Shown here piece by piece: positions 52,532 to 64,000 of a stretch of DNA of 64,000 nucleotides (the first letter of the stretch is position 1; each line of letters starts with the position of its first letter). This stretch comes from Octopus sinensis (taxonomy: Eukaryota): the NCBI RefSeq assembly GCF_006345805.1, contig NC_043009.1, positions 6,200,001 through 6,264,000 of the forward strand. The letters run 5' to 3'. The position numbers and the translations under genes were made by a program. Under the pieces are notes generated by a model, which saw only the letters and a program-made list of their open reading frames with translations, ran no database searches and was not told the origin of the DNA.

Positions 52532-53075
52532 AAGGCGGTGAGCAGGCAGAGACGATAGTACGCCAAGCGAAATGCTTAGCGTTGTGAGTTCAAATTCCAG
52601 CGAGGTCGACTTAGCCTTTCATTCTTTCGGGACCGATAAATTAAGTACCAGTTACGCACTGGGGTCGATGTGATCGACTTAATCCCTTTATCTGTCCTTG
52701 TTTGTCTCCTGTGTTTAGCCCCTTGTGGATAGTAAAGAAATAGGTATTTCGTCTGCCGTTACGTTCTGACTTCAAATTCCGCCGAGGTCGACTTTGCCTT
52801 TCATCCTTTCGGGTTCGATAAATTAAGTACCAGATATGCACTGGGGTTGATGTAATCGACTTAATACCTATATCTGTCCTTGTTTGTCCCCTCTGTGTTT
52901 AGCCCCTTGTGGGTGACAAAGAAATAGGTATTTCGTCTGCCGCTACGTTCTGATCTCACATGCCGCCGATGTTGATTGCTTTTCGACCTTTCGGGTCGAT
53001 GAAATAAATATTAGTTTCTGGCGTCGATGTAATTGACAAGCACCCTTCCTCCATAATTTTCAAGTTCTTTTGCCT
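52532..53075 (+). mobile_element. SINE family B with tandemly reiterated 184-bp body (head + 2 units + decayed third)
   Basis: GGTATTTCGTCTGCCG recurs at 52743 and 52927. AAATTCC..CGAGGTCGACTT.GCCTTTCAT recurs at about 52593 and 52774. Confidence 0.9.
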
Positions 53076-53157
53076 AGAATAGAAATAGTTATTAATTATT
53101 AATTATGCACCTGAAGTGAAAACAATAAATCAAAGACAAGGATTTTGTGTTCGTCAG

Positions 53158-53239
53158 ATAATTTCAATGCACATTGCAAGATAGAAGAGACAAACATTAC
53201 GAAGCTGCTAGAAGATCATGCGAAGAGATACACAGTGAG
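53158..53239 (+). other. Exon-like segment or LINE endonuclease relic (NFNAHCKIEETNITKLLEDHAKRYTV)
   Basis: Acceptor TTTTGTGTTCGTCAG| and donor GAG|GTAAAT. SDNFNAH also resembles the AP endonuclease GDFNAH motif. Confidence 0.2.
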
Positions 53240-53654
53240 GTAAATTATACACCTTGCCCAACCATCGAAGTTTCATAATATAACTGCTTTAACAAAGAAA
53301 GGCACAAAGACTTGTAACTACAAAGGCTAACACGGTCTTCAGAGATTGTGAGATTGTGGAATGGTCAAGAAAGTTAAGCAACGGTAGTCTAAAAAAAAAA
53401 GAACGCAGAACAGATTATGTCATTTCCAATCGCATGAATTAAAAGGTAAATCTTTCCTCAGATATTTCTTCAATTATACAGTATTTTTGCAGAATGTGTA
53501 GGAATATAGCTAAAAGTAAAACAGACAATCTTCTTTCTCTCTCTCTCTCTTTCTCTATCTCTCACCCAGTCTGCCACTCTCTTTTTCTTCGTGTGCTTTT
53601 CTCTATGTCTCTCCCTTTACGTATAGATTAACATTTACATATACTCATACAAGA

Positions 53655-53660
53655 TGCCTG

Positions 53661-53697
<37 letters not shown>

Positions 53698-53759
53698 CAC
53701 ATATCAATATATTCACATAAATATGTATATGCATATATATACATATGTATATATATATG

Positions 53760-53790
<31 letters not shown>

Positions 53791-53827
53791 TAATATTATA
53801 TATATATATATGTACATATGTATATAT

Positions 53828-53911
<84 letters not shown>

Positions 53912-54009
53912 TAATACGTAAATAGACAGATATGTAGTCATAATAAAATATAATCCAATTATTATGCACATTATATTATGTTAGCATGTGTGTATATATA
54001 TGTATATAT

Positions 54010-54049
<40 letters not shown>

Positions 54050-54060
54050 TATATATAAGT
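53655..54060. repeat. Long interrupted (TA)n tract
   Basis: Direct reading. Confidence 0.93.
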
Positions 54061-54831
54061 ATTGTAATATGAAAATGAATAGATGGTTTGCGTTTATACA
54101 CATATTTTTTCTAATCTTCTGTAGCTTACATCTCACTGATTATTGAAATAACATGCCTTAAGCTGGAGAATTAGTGTAGTATAGAGAACAATGCTGAATT
54201 CGACATAAGCAACATTGGATGTCATTTCTATATCTAAATAATCAACAATATTTGACTTTTACCGTTCAGTACATGTTCGGCACGTGATCAGATATATTTA
54301 TAAAATGAATAAATGGAAGTCAAGATATTTTTGAGTTAAAATATTGCAACGAATCTAGCATTATAATGTTTTGAAATATTTTCTCTTCCGAAAGCTATAT
54401 GCACTATATTTTCAAAGCATTTTTAAAAAATATATATATAATGTATATTGTGCGTGAGTTATTTCATAGAGAGAGACTAGAATTTGTCGCAAACGATTTG
54501 AATAAATTTGTTTTGTTTGCGAATGTATACATTCTAAGCTGTTAAATGTTTAAATAACTAAAGATATTTAATTGTAATATCTTTATACCATTATAGTAAA
54601 TAATTCTAGTCTAAATATGGAGAGGAGATGATAAGCCATTCGAGATTAGATTTTACAGCTTGGAAACCCTACTCTAGGAAATGCACTCTCAAAAGCATGT
54701 AGGCACATATAACAAAAAATTACATAAATCTATATATTCCAAGTAGATTTTTGAATATATATATATGTGTCTGTGCATACATATGAAAATATGTATATAC
54801 ATACACACACACACACACACAACACACACAC

Positions 54832-54892
<61 letters not shown>

Positions 54893-55069
54893 TATATAAG
54901 GCTAGAGAGAGAGAAGGTATTAAAGTTCGCTGGAAGCATTGTGTATTGTTATTGAAATGTAACGTGTCTGGAATGGTACAACTATGCAGAGTGGACTATA
55001 ATGACTTTTATAATTAATTTAATTATTCATATTCTAATGTAATATTTCGGAATATAAAAATTCCTTCTT

Positions 55070-55980
55070 CAGATATTGCTAGAAAGTAAAGCAGTCACTG
55101 TTATAGTCGGTTTTCCAACGGTTACTGAAATCTGTCCGAAGCGTCTCTCTGCAGTGGTCTCGCGAAGTTCCGTCAGGAATTCCTCATGAGAAGTGTGTGA
55201 AGGCGAGCATGTCTCGAGCTCGTGTGTGATGGCATATATGTAGCGCTGCTTCCAAGTTATGTATTGTACGTGCACTTTTTATATAGTGTTTTGTTTCATG
55301 TGCATGTTGCCATCGTAGTGCAGCGTGTCATTATTGTTAAGTCATACAGTGATTGTTAATTTCCAACCTGTTGTTAATTTGGGGCCCCTGTCTGTCTATG
55401 AGGAAAACTTCCTTGATTATTAAATTTCTAAAATTTCTGTAGTTGGCCTCTTTTGTGACTGTTATGTTTTTGTTGGTGTTCCGGCATCTGTCTAGATCTT
55501 TTCTGAAGGATGAATCTTGCGTGTTTAGTCTCGTTGTGTTTCTGACATAGATATTGTTGCATTTGTTACATTGGATTCGATATAAAACATTTACCCGTTG
55601 GAATAAGCCTGTGTCACGGAAGAGACAGTTAGCTAGTGTGCATTGATCTCGGTCCCTTGCTCGTACCTTTGCTAGGTGTCGTTTCAGAGAGGGGCCGGAG
55701 TGGGCTAGTTGGCTGTCTAATCCTTCTCTTGTTGTAGCTCTTCGGATGGCTGTAGTATTTTAAGTATGCATGTGTTGGTAGGTTAACTGTGTGTTTGGTG
55801 TTTGTCGTCTCAGGTACTTATGCCGATTCACAATGGATATAAGATATCCGTTGGTTTTCAATACCCTTGGAAAGTGTGTGGTATGGGTCACACTGTCCTC
55901 TGTCCCGCTACACTTGCTCTGGATGCGTGTAAGTTCATTTCTGGTGTATCCTATTTTGGATACCTACACACCGAACAACA
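55070..55980 (-). mobile_element. Penelope-like element 3' half (RT thumb/linker, GIY-YIG endonuclease, 3' end)
   Basis: KIGYTRNELTRI...VLKTNGY...CTLANCLFRDTGLFQRVNVLYRIQCNKCNNIYV (GIY-YIG-like, 55545-55592)...KEVFLIDRQGPQINNR. Degenerate CTGACGG...GAGACG terminal motif at ~55141-55176. Confidence 0.85.
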
Positions 55981-57225
55981 ACCACAGCTATTAACCTATG
56001 CTACCACCGCTGCGTTGACCAAGAGAAGAAACGCCTCAAACTTCAATTCCTATGGCTTTGTACCAAATACCGCCACAGCAACAACTCGGCCTATTACACC
56101 GATGTAGATGAACGGGACACTTCCACTGATCAAGATAACCCTAACATAGGGGACACCAACATACTACCAAGAACGAAACCTCTAGTCACAGATTTGAGTA
56201 AGTCAATCTTCCATGAAGAACTATTACTACTCAGACTGGGTCATAAATTTATCTTCTCCCAATAGCCGAACGAGAAAATATTACTCGACCTGGAAGCCAT
56301 TTTTTGCCGAGCAGCCTACTGACTCAAATGGCTATCGGTAATAAAGAGCAACAACAACAACTCACTCGGGAAATTTCCCACGTACGAGCTAGACCACCCA
56401 CTCCATCGACCCCCCAACCAACCGAGAACTCAACCACAAACTATCCAGACTGAAACAGCCTACCTCCAACATCTTACGGAACATTGACAAAACTAAATAA
56501 CAAAACCTTATCTATTTATCATTAGACAAAAGGAAAGAAATCTGCGTGATTCCTTGTGGAATGGCAGACTATGTTCTGAAGTAACAGATACAACTGCGAT
56601 CAGGATTGAAGACCAAATTAACACCGCCTGGACCGATATTTGTAGACGGAGACAACTACGTTTCAAATACAAGACCAACGTCATCACAAACAACAGAAGA
56701 TTGTACCACCTCATTAAAACACACAAGGAAAGCGACATGATCCACATTAGACCTATCGTCTCCAGCGTGAAAGGACCTCTATACCAAATATACAGGCTCC
56801 TTTCCCACATTCCGAAATACGTTCTCTTCACCTTTCCTGGACACGTCAAGAACTCCAACGAAGTCATCAACACTGTGCCAACTTTCCGCAGACCAACTCA
56901 AATATGCATTTAGCATTGATGTTGTCTCAATGTACAGAGAAGTACCAGTTAACGTATTGACTGACTGCATTGTAGCGTTCGACATCCATTGCTTCGGACT
57001 CACTGCAGTTGATATACATCAACTATTGTCCATCATCTTGGACATCGCTTACTTCTCTTTCCATGATCACACCTACAAGCAGATAGCAGGTCTCCTCATG
57101 GGATCCAGTCTCTCTAGCCTACTGACCATCTGGAACCTCGAGCGCTTAAACATCTTCCACTCACGCGCCTTCTTCACCAGGTATGTAGATGACATCCTCA
57201 TATTTACATCCTCCCGTGTATGCAT
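55981..57225 (+). mobile_element. Penelope-like element 5' half (N-terminus to RT catalytic YVDD), frameshifted
   Basis: LVTDLSK...LLLLRLGHKF; IRPIVSSVKGP; FSIDVVSMY..VP; YFSF....YKQIAGLLMGSSLS; FTRYVDDILI. Confidence 0.9.
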
Positions 57226-57274
57226 AAACGGTCTTTCTATATCTCTCTCTCACTCTGTATACATACATACATGC

Positions 57275-57322
<48 letters not shown>

Positions 57323-57400
57323 ATATATATATATATATATGTGCGTGTGTGTGTGTGTATGTGTGTGCGGTGTGTGTGCGTGTGTGTGTGTGCATATATA

Positions 57401-57435
<35 letters not shown>

Positions 57436-57439
<4 letters not shown>

Positions 57440-58262
57440 TGCCTGGGTACAACACTCAGCCGTTCTTGCTCCCTTGATGATGAAATATATTACAGGCTGC
57501 AGAGAGCAACCGATTTCTTGTGGTCTCTTCAGTATCGTGTCTGGTTCCAGTATGTCATCACAAAGCAAGCAAAAATTGCTGTGTACCGTGCATGTGTACT
57601 GACATCGCTCCTTTACTCATGAGATACATGGGCCCTTTACAAATGTTATGTAAGTGTCCTTGAACGCTTTCATCAGAGATGTATCAGATACATTCTGAAT
57701 ATTGGCTGGACCTTAAAAACTGCAGAGACACAGGTCCTGAGGACAGCTGATATCTTGAGTATTGAGGCGATGGTGTACAAGCACCAGTTGTGTTGGACTG
57801 GACACATTATGAGAAAGAACGATAGCAGGATCCCTAATCAGATGCGATATGGGGAACTTGTAAATGGAAAGGGACCCTGGCAGAAACCGAGGGTGCGATT
57901 TAAGTACTATGTCAAGTCCGCATTAAAGGCCTGTGATATGCAGGAGATTGGCTGAGAGAAAAATGTCATCGCCGCAGATGGAGCGAGCAGGTTGAGAGGT
58001 CGACACTTTTGAGAGAGCTCGTATCCAGCATGAAGAACTTAAGCGTGCTGTTCGAAAGTACACTGCTGGTGCAGTGAATGGGAAAAACTTGGTCTGCAAG
58101 GTTTGAAGTCGCGTATGCTTGTCAAGAGCAGGGCTCATTAGCCACCAACGAAGCCTCAAATGCAGAGTATAAATTAGTCCTAGAGCGCACAATGTTCCTG
58201 AAAGTCAGCAATTGTCTTCCTCGGTCACGAGTGGATAGCTATATATTTATATATATATATAT
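57436..58262 (+). mobile_element. RTE-clade LINE 3' fragment (RT motif 7, thumb, C-terminal Zn-finger relic, TA tail)
   Basis: LGTTLSRSCSLDDEIYYRL...KIAVYRACVLTSLLYS*DTW...FHQRCIRYIL...WTGHIMR...IPNQMRYGEL...RAGLISHQR, then (TA)n. Confidence 0.9.
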
Positions 58263-58720
58263 ACAGTGGCTGGGCCACTGGTGGTGATATTTATAACGAA
58301 TATTCGTCACCCTATATATGTATATTATGAATATGTTCTTAGCATTCTTGAAGATTCAGCTCGGCATTGTATTTATTGCTGACTGGAACTACGCCTGCGT
58401 GCGGTAATTTTGAAAAATTATAACATATAATGACGGGGCACGTGTTATCTTGTCTCTGAATTATAAGTTAGTTATTGAGGCCGGTTACTGATGAGAGTTC
58501 GCCTGGTGGATAATATTGTCTTGCGAAATTACCTATTAAAGGATGGCAAGTAATATCATTTGTAAAGTAATTCGAAACCATGGTATAACCTTTTATTAAC
58601 AAGGTAAACGTTTTTATTTTTCAATTACTTCGAAATTTGCCATTAAATTGTGGTTTTGGCCGGGTTGGCTGCTATTTCTAGCATAGAAAAATTACCTGTT
58701 AAAGGGTACTTTACTATTTT

Positions 58721-58759
<39 letters not shown>

Positions 58760-59204
58760 TATATATATATAATATATATATATATATGCAGTGGATGTGT
58801 GAGAGAAAGAGACAGAGACAGTGTGTAGATGCATACATGTACAGAAAATTTATGCGTGTTTGCATGATGCTCAATATTAAATGTAATCATGCGCAAACAC
58901 CACCCATTTCAGTACATGTAATTTCAGTGCGAGTATGAATTTCAGCAATCATTTTACACGCATTTTTGATGAGTCTAATTGAACCTTGGAGAAAAACCGA
59001 ACCAAGATAGTTGCATGCATTATTATATAATATGGGAAGATCGATTGGTTTGGACAAAACGAATGAATTCTGTACTGAAGGCGAAACATGCTTTCTTTCT
59101 CCATTTTTCTGCTTTTGTCATAATGTATAAATGTATATGGTTTTACGCTTTTACTCTTTTACTGGTTCAATCATATGACGTCGACCATACTGGTGCACCG
59201 CCTT

Positions 59205-59370
59205 AAAGGGTTCTAATCCAATAAATTGAAGCCAGGACTTACTTTTGAAGCGTAGTACTTATACAATCGGTGTCTGTTGCGGAACAGCTAAGATAGGAGA
59301 ACGTAAATACACCAACACCGGCTGTCAACTGGTGGCACACACAATCATACATACGCGCTTGTGAACAAAC
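59205..59370 (-). mobile_element. SINE family A tail fragment
   Basis: GGTGCACCGCCTTAAAGG...GCTAAGATAGGAGAACGTAAATACACCAACACCGG. Confidence 0.55.
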
Positions 59371-59544
59371 ACACATACGATGTGCGTTTTTCAGTTTCTG
59401 TCTAACAAGACCAATCACAATTCCGAGGCATTTAGTAAAGGTATCATGTAGTGAGACTGAGGCCCGATGATCCATGCAGCTGGATAAGAATCTTTTTAAT
59501 ATGCAGCCATATAAATCCATTATAAATTCGGGGAAATATGGCTG

Positions 59545-59673
59545 ATGGATGAATGGATGGATAGGTTGGTAGATGGACAGGTTGGTAGATCGATAGGTTG
59601 GTAAATAGATATATAGGTAGATAGATAGGTAGGTAGGTAGGTAGGAAGGTAGATATGTAGGTAGGTAGGTAGG

Positions 59674-59738
<65 letters not shown>

Positions 59739-59862
59739 TGATAGATAGATCGATAGATAGATTGATAGATAGATAGATAGATATCTAGATCGATAGATAA
59801 ATAGATAGGTCGATAGATATATAGATAGGTAGATAAATATGTAGATAGATAGATAGATAGAT

Positions 59863-59954
<92 letters not shown>

Positions 59955-60015
59955 GATAGATAGATAGATAGATGGATGGATGGATGGATGGATTGATGGA
60001 TGGATAGATTGATGA
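59545..60015. repeat. Compound (GGAT)-(GGTA)-(GATA)n-(GGAT) tetranucleotide array
   Basis: Direct reading. Confidence 0.95.
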
Positions 60016-61589
60016 ATAGATACATAGATCATATTCTTAGTTTTATGTATAAAAATATACATATTGTAACAACTCAGTTGCTTCTACTATGGCTTTTGTG
60101 GACCATGTTTAACAACGAAATATGAAAAAATGTTTATATTAAACTCCGCCGTTGAATACGTAGTAATGTCTAGTTTCTTTTATTCATATATTTGTTTGAC
60201 AATTCTTTTATCCATTTCACAATAGGCGTTAAACGTCTCTAAAGAATACAACCTTAAATTCCTCAGTTAATTTCGAAAATATTTTACACTTTCTTTTATG
60301 TTTTTCTAAGATTTCTATATCCTTTATTTACTTAATATTATTTACTAGACCTGATTTATTTCGAATTACATAATTTTTAATAAAACCCATTTTTGCCCAT
60401 CTTAAATTTTCGCGACACACCTTTCCCTTGAAACGAGCCATTTAGTAGATGACGGTGACGTTGATGATGATGATGGTTGTTGATAATGGAGTGGATGATG
60501 ATGTTAATGTTTATACTTGAGTTTTATGTGTTAACTTTTGATAATATGTTAACCGATAATTCATTTAATTTATATCTTACGATTGTTTCCCATCCAATAC
60601 GTCGATGTTTTTTACTTGGTTATGATTGATGAGATGGCACAATGACGACAACACTGGCGACGATCGTGTTGATGATGATAAGTATATTGTCGATGCTGAT
60701 GACAAAAAAGACGACGATGAACTTAATGATGGTGATGATGAAGGACGTGACAATGATTTTGACGATAATAACAATAATAGTTAAATTCTGGTCTATTCAC
60801 TCTGTCATTTATTAATTCATATTTTTTTCTATATCTACTTCCAGTTATAAACTCATTTACCGCCATTTACCCTTACATAAGCGTTACATTTTTTTCTACT
60901 ATAAACCTTTTAGACATTAACCCATTTTCATTAAATTTCAAATTTATAGCTATTCTAAATCAATCAATCTAACTATTCGATTATTTCCATCTGGGTGATA
61001 AAGATAATGTTTATAAAAATAATATCACTAAATCGAAAAAAATAACTGCTCGTTATTTCATTCATTTATTTATTTCTTTTTCTTCATCCAGTTATTTTCC
61101 TCATATATTTATTGCATTTAAATTCTTCTCCTCTCCTTGTTCGATTCTCACATCCTCTTTTGTCTTTAAAGGAATTGTTACAATTCAATGTTCATGACAG
61201 GACTCCCAATTTAGTCAAAGACTATACATCTACCACCTCTCCTAGCTTACCTTTTCTTACTCCCCCCTCTCTCTCTCTCTCTCTTCAACAGAGATGCCAC
61301 TCAGGCCCGCTCCTTCCCAAGTAATAATTTTGTCATTTCTAACTCAAACGGTAAAGTTTGAATTATTCCAAAGAAACCAAGACAGGTCACTCCTAGAATT
61401 GACCACCAATTTCATTACACACATACCCACACACGCACACGCGCGCACACACACTCACACACATACACACATACGTATATACATGCACATTCAATTACAC
61501 ACACACATATACTATTATGTTGGTCACCCCCAGAATCAAGTAACATTGTGATCGCACATATACCCAGGTATATATATATATTATTTTAT

Positions 61590-61864
61590 ACTTTTATTCT
61601 CTTATTTGTTTCAGTCATTTGACTGCGGCCATGCCGGAGCACCGCCTTTAACCGAACTAATTGACCCTAGCAATTATTTCTTTATCCTACTACTTATTCT
61701 ATCTGTTCTTTTGTCGTACTGCTAGATGACAGGGACGTAAACACACCAATACAAGTTGTCAAACGACACAAAGACACACACAAACGCACACACACACACA
61801 GACACAAACACACACACACATACACACACACACACCACACACACACACACACAATATATATATA

Positions 61865-61903
<39 letters not shown>

Positions 61904-61905
61904 TA
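61590..61905 (-). mobile_element. SINE family A tail plus internal (CA)n-(TA)n
   Basis: TTTCAGTCATTTGACTGCGGCCATGCCGGAGCACCGCC...GGGACGTAAACACACC is the reverse complement of 26150-26290. Confidence 0.8.
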
Positions 61906-62237
61906 ATACTAAGCAATTAAGGGTTTAGCAACGAATTGCCTCACCAACACACCGAATTTAGAAATAGCAGTCAAAGAGATATAGCTATTCCTTCTACTAA
62001 AAGGGAGATCTCAGTAAAAACACAGCACTTGAAAGGCAAACACAGACAGGTAAGAAAGAATGAAATGACGGCAATCTATCATACAATTTTAAGTTACCTA
62101 CGGACGTACGTTTCGAAATCAAGTTTTAGGAAAGCATAAGAATTAGAAAATTCTACCTTACCCAAACTTCTTTTCTCATCGGCGTAGGATACTACAATTA
62201 TGAATAATTGTATATTAAATTTTGAGATACATATAAA

Positions 62238-63050
62238 CAGGGTGCGGTGAATAAATTGTCTTAATTACGCAAAATTGAAAATAGCACTGACATCTCATTT
62301 TAACAGATATATTTACCAAAATTTTATGAAACTATCTTGAAATACTACATAGTAAATTTCTTCAATACAATCTTCATTGGCTTCAACCACAGCGCGCAGA
62401 CGCCTTCGGAATCGCCTGCAACTCTTCTGGACCGTCTAGTAGTTTAAGTTGGTTAATGCTGTTATAATGCTTGCCTTTGGTGTTACGAGGAGTTTTATTG
62501 GTCTCTCGCTCAACTGCGCCCCACACATAATAATCAAGGAGGTTGCGGTCTGGGAAGTTAGGTGATCAGATGTTACGGGTGATGTGATCGCAGAAATTGT
62601 CTGACAGTCATAACTAGGTTCTACTGCTTCTGTGACATGGTGCAAAGTAATGTTGTCAGACATAGATTTATCCCGCGGCCACCCTCTTGACTCAGTACTA
62701 TCACTTCCAGGCACTTGGTGTAGGCGTCTGTGTTGGGTCTGAGGCCGTGGGGAAAGATGAATGGAGGCATAACGCCGCCATTACTAATGATCACTCGTTA
62801 CATGTCCTCAGATTGCATTGTCTGCACATTGACATCCAACACTCTGAAATGTCCGTACTGAAGCTTCAGGCGTGAATGCCAAAAAGTACAGCATGTCCTT
62901 TCCAAATTTCTGGCAGTGAATTGCGTCGTGTTGTTCTGTTTCTCACATACGGTGCCCAACTGAACCTACTATATTGTGTAGTCGACAAAATGTAAATCAA
63001 ACAAGTGCAAAATTAAACATATAATATGGTGACTATTTACCCATCACATG
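62238..63050 (-). mobile_element. Internally deleted Tc1/mariner element, maT (DD37D)-like, both TIRs present
   Basis: N-terminal LPEIWKGHAVLFGI joined to GGVMPPFIFPHGLRPNTDAYTKCLE...FCDHITRNI*SPNFPDRNLLDYYVWGAVERETNKTP...RRFRRRLRAVVEAN. TIRs at 62238 and ~63031-63050. Confidence 0.85.
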
Positions 63051-63059
63051 TCTATGTGT

Positions 63060-63222
63060 GTGTATACGACGGTTTCTTTCAGTTTCCGTCTAACAAATCC
63101 ACTCACAGAGCTATGTTCGGCTCGGCGCTATGGTAGAAGACACTTTGCGCTAGGTTTCATGCAGTGGGACTGAACCGGTGCCATATGGTTTGGAAGCAAG
63201 CCTCTTAACACACAATCATATA
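63060..63222 (-). mobile_element. SINE family A head fragment
   Basis: TTTCAGTTTCCGTCTAACAAATCCACTCAC...CAGTGGGACTGAACC...GGAAGCAAGC. Confidence 0.8.
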
Positions 63223-63315
63223 TCTACATCTGAATTTTTTTCCGTCACTTGCATGTACTTAATACGAGTACACATTTTATATTTCCTAATTATGTTATCG
63301 ATATCATTTTATCTG

Positions 63316-64000
63316 TATATTCGAAGGTATTTTGAACTTATATCTTACCTAGTCAACTAAATTCATATTTTAAATGTCATGGCGAATATGTACCCCGTAT
63401 TATCAAAGTACTATGTGTTATTGTATTGTTTATTTTACAGCTTCCTACTTTCAAGCTAAGTATTTATTAAAGAATTCACATAATTTCGAGGCATTAAAAG
63501 TCGCTATCAATTCTTGCAACTGACTAAAATTTTATAATATATTGCGTAGTCTTTCGTAGTATTGTCTGAAGAATTTTAATAAAGAGAAAAATTATATCTT
63601 ATTAATTTCGTTTCAGTCTCCAATTTGATTTGTTTATTTTGAACAAATTCTTTTTGAATAGTGGTACGGTTCTCCTGTCTAGTGTTCTGTATTTGGAACC
63701 GAAATCCAGTATCTTGTATAACTGATCTTCTCGTTACTTCTTGTTGAGCTTGTTACATAGTCCCATTGCACTGATTTCGCTGAAATATACCGCTTCACGA
63801 TATCTAGAATCACTCAGCCATGTCGAAATACAGTACGGCCGTAATACCAGTATCCCATTTGTATTTTGAAATTATATTATCTAATTTATTTTAACTCTAT
63901 ATTCGAACGTATCTTAAATTTATATCTTACCTGGTCGACTAAATTCATATTTTACATGTCAAGACGAATATGCAAGCTGTATTACTAAAGAACTCTGTAT
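63316..64000. repeat. Diverged direct repeat (63316-63418 and 63898-64000), 582-bp spacing
   Basis: TATATTCGAA.GTAT.TT.AA.TTATATCTTACCT.GTC.ACTAAATTCATATTTTA.ATGTCA..., about 18 mismatches in 103 nt by hand. Confidence 0.85.

Noticed and set aside
52586-53075. CRISPR-like or spacer-containing array
   Set aside because: Whole 184-bp units are repeated with no unique spacers. It is a tandem SINE in a eukaryotic context.
58488-58540. CTGATGA...GAAA hammerhead candidate
   Set aside because: No convincing stem I or stem III pairing.
60641-60783. Asp-rich pseudo-peptide (DDNTGDDRVDDDKY...)
   Set aside because: A degenerate (GAT)n microsatellite with no start or splice context.
63610-63860. LYKILDFG kinase-like motif in a long minus-strand frame
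   Set aside because: No HRD/catalytic loop upstream, an in-frame stop precedes it, and there are no supporting splice sites.

Overview
AT-rich, microsatellite-saturated eukaryotic DNA with no CRISPR array, rRNA gene, true tRNA gene or confidently identifiable host gene. The SINE families, the Tc1/mariner types and the density of (TA)n/(CA)n/(GATA)n/trinucleotide arrays resemble octopus (coleoid cephalopod) genomic DNA. That assignment is my recollection and inference, not a search result. Most long ORFs in the track are translations of simple repeats. Recognisable content is mostly decayed mobile DNA: (1) a Penelope-like element (PLE) split into two complementary halves joined head-to-head (55070-57225); (2) an R4/Dong-like restriction-like-endonuclease (RLE) retrotransposon 3' end sitting in ATT repeats (19257-20615), plus an orphan N-terminal piece; (3) RTE and CR1-like LINE fragments; (4) three Tc1/mariner relics; (5) a non-autonomous Helitron; (6) a ~0.9 kb internally deleted Gypsy-like LTR element; (7) three tRNA-derived SINE families. 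The most interesting signal is a set of minimal type I hammerhead-ribozyme-like motifs in short PLE-type repeats, several embedded in (TA)n. The motif at 52073-52133 (-) has an intact catalytic core. A degenerate 30/60-bp repeat near the window start and a few isolated exon-like segments with good splice sites remain unexplained. All alignments and translations were done by eye, and element boundaries are approximate unless a terminal motif is quoted.
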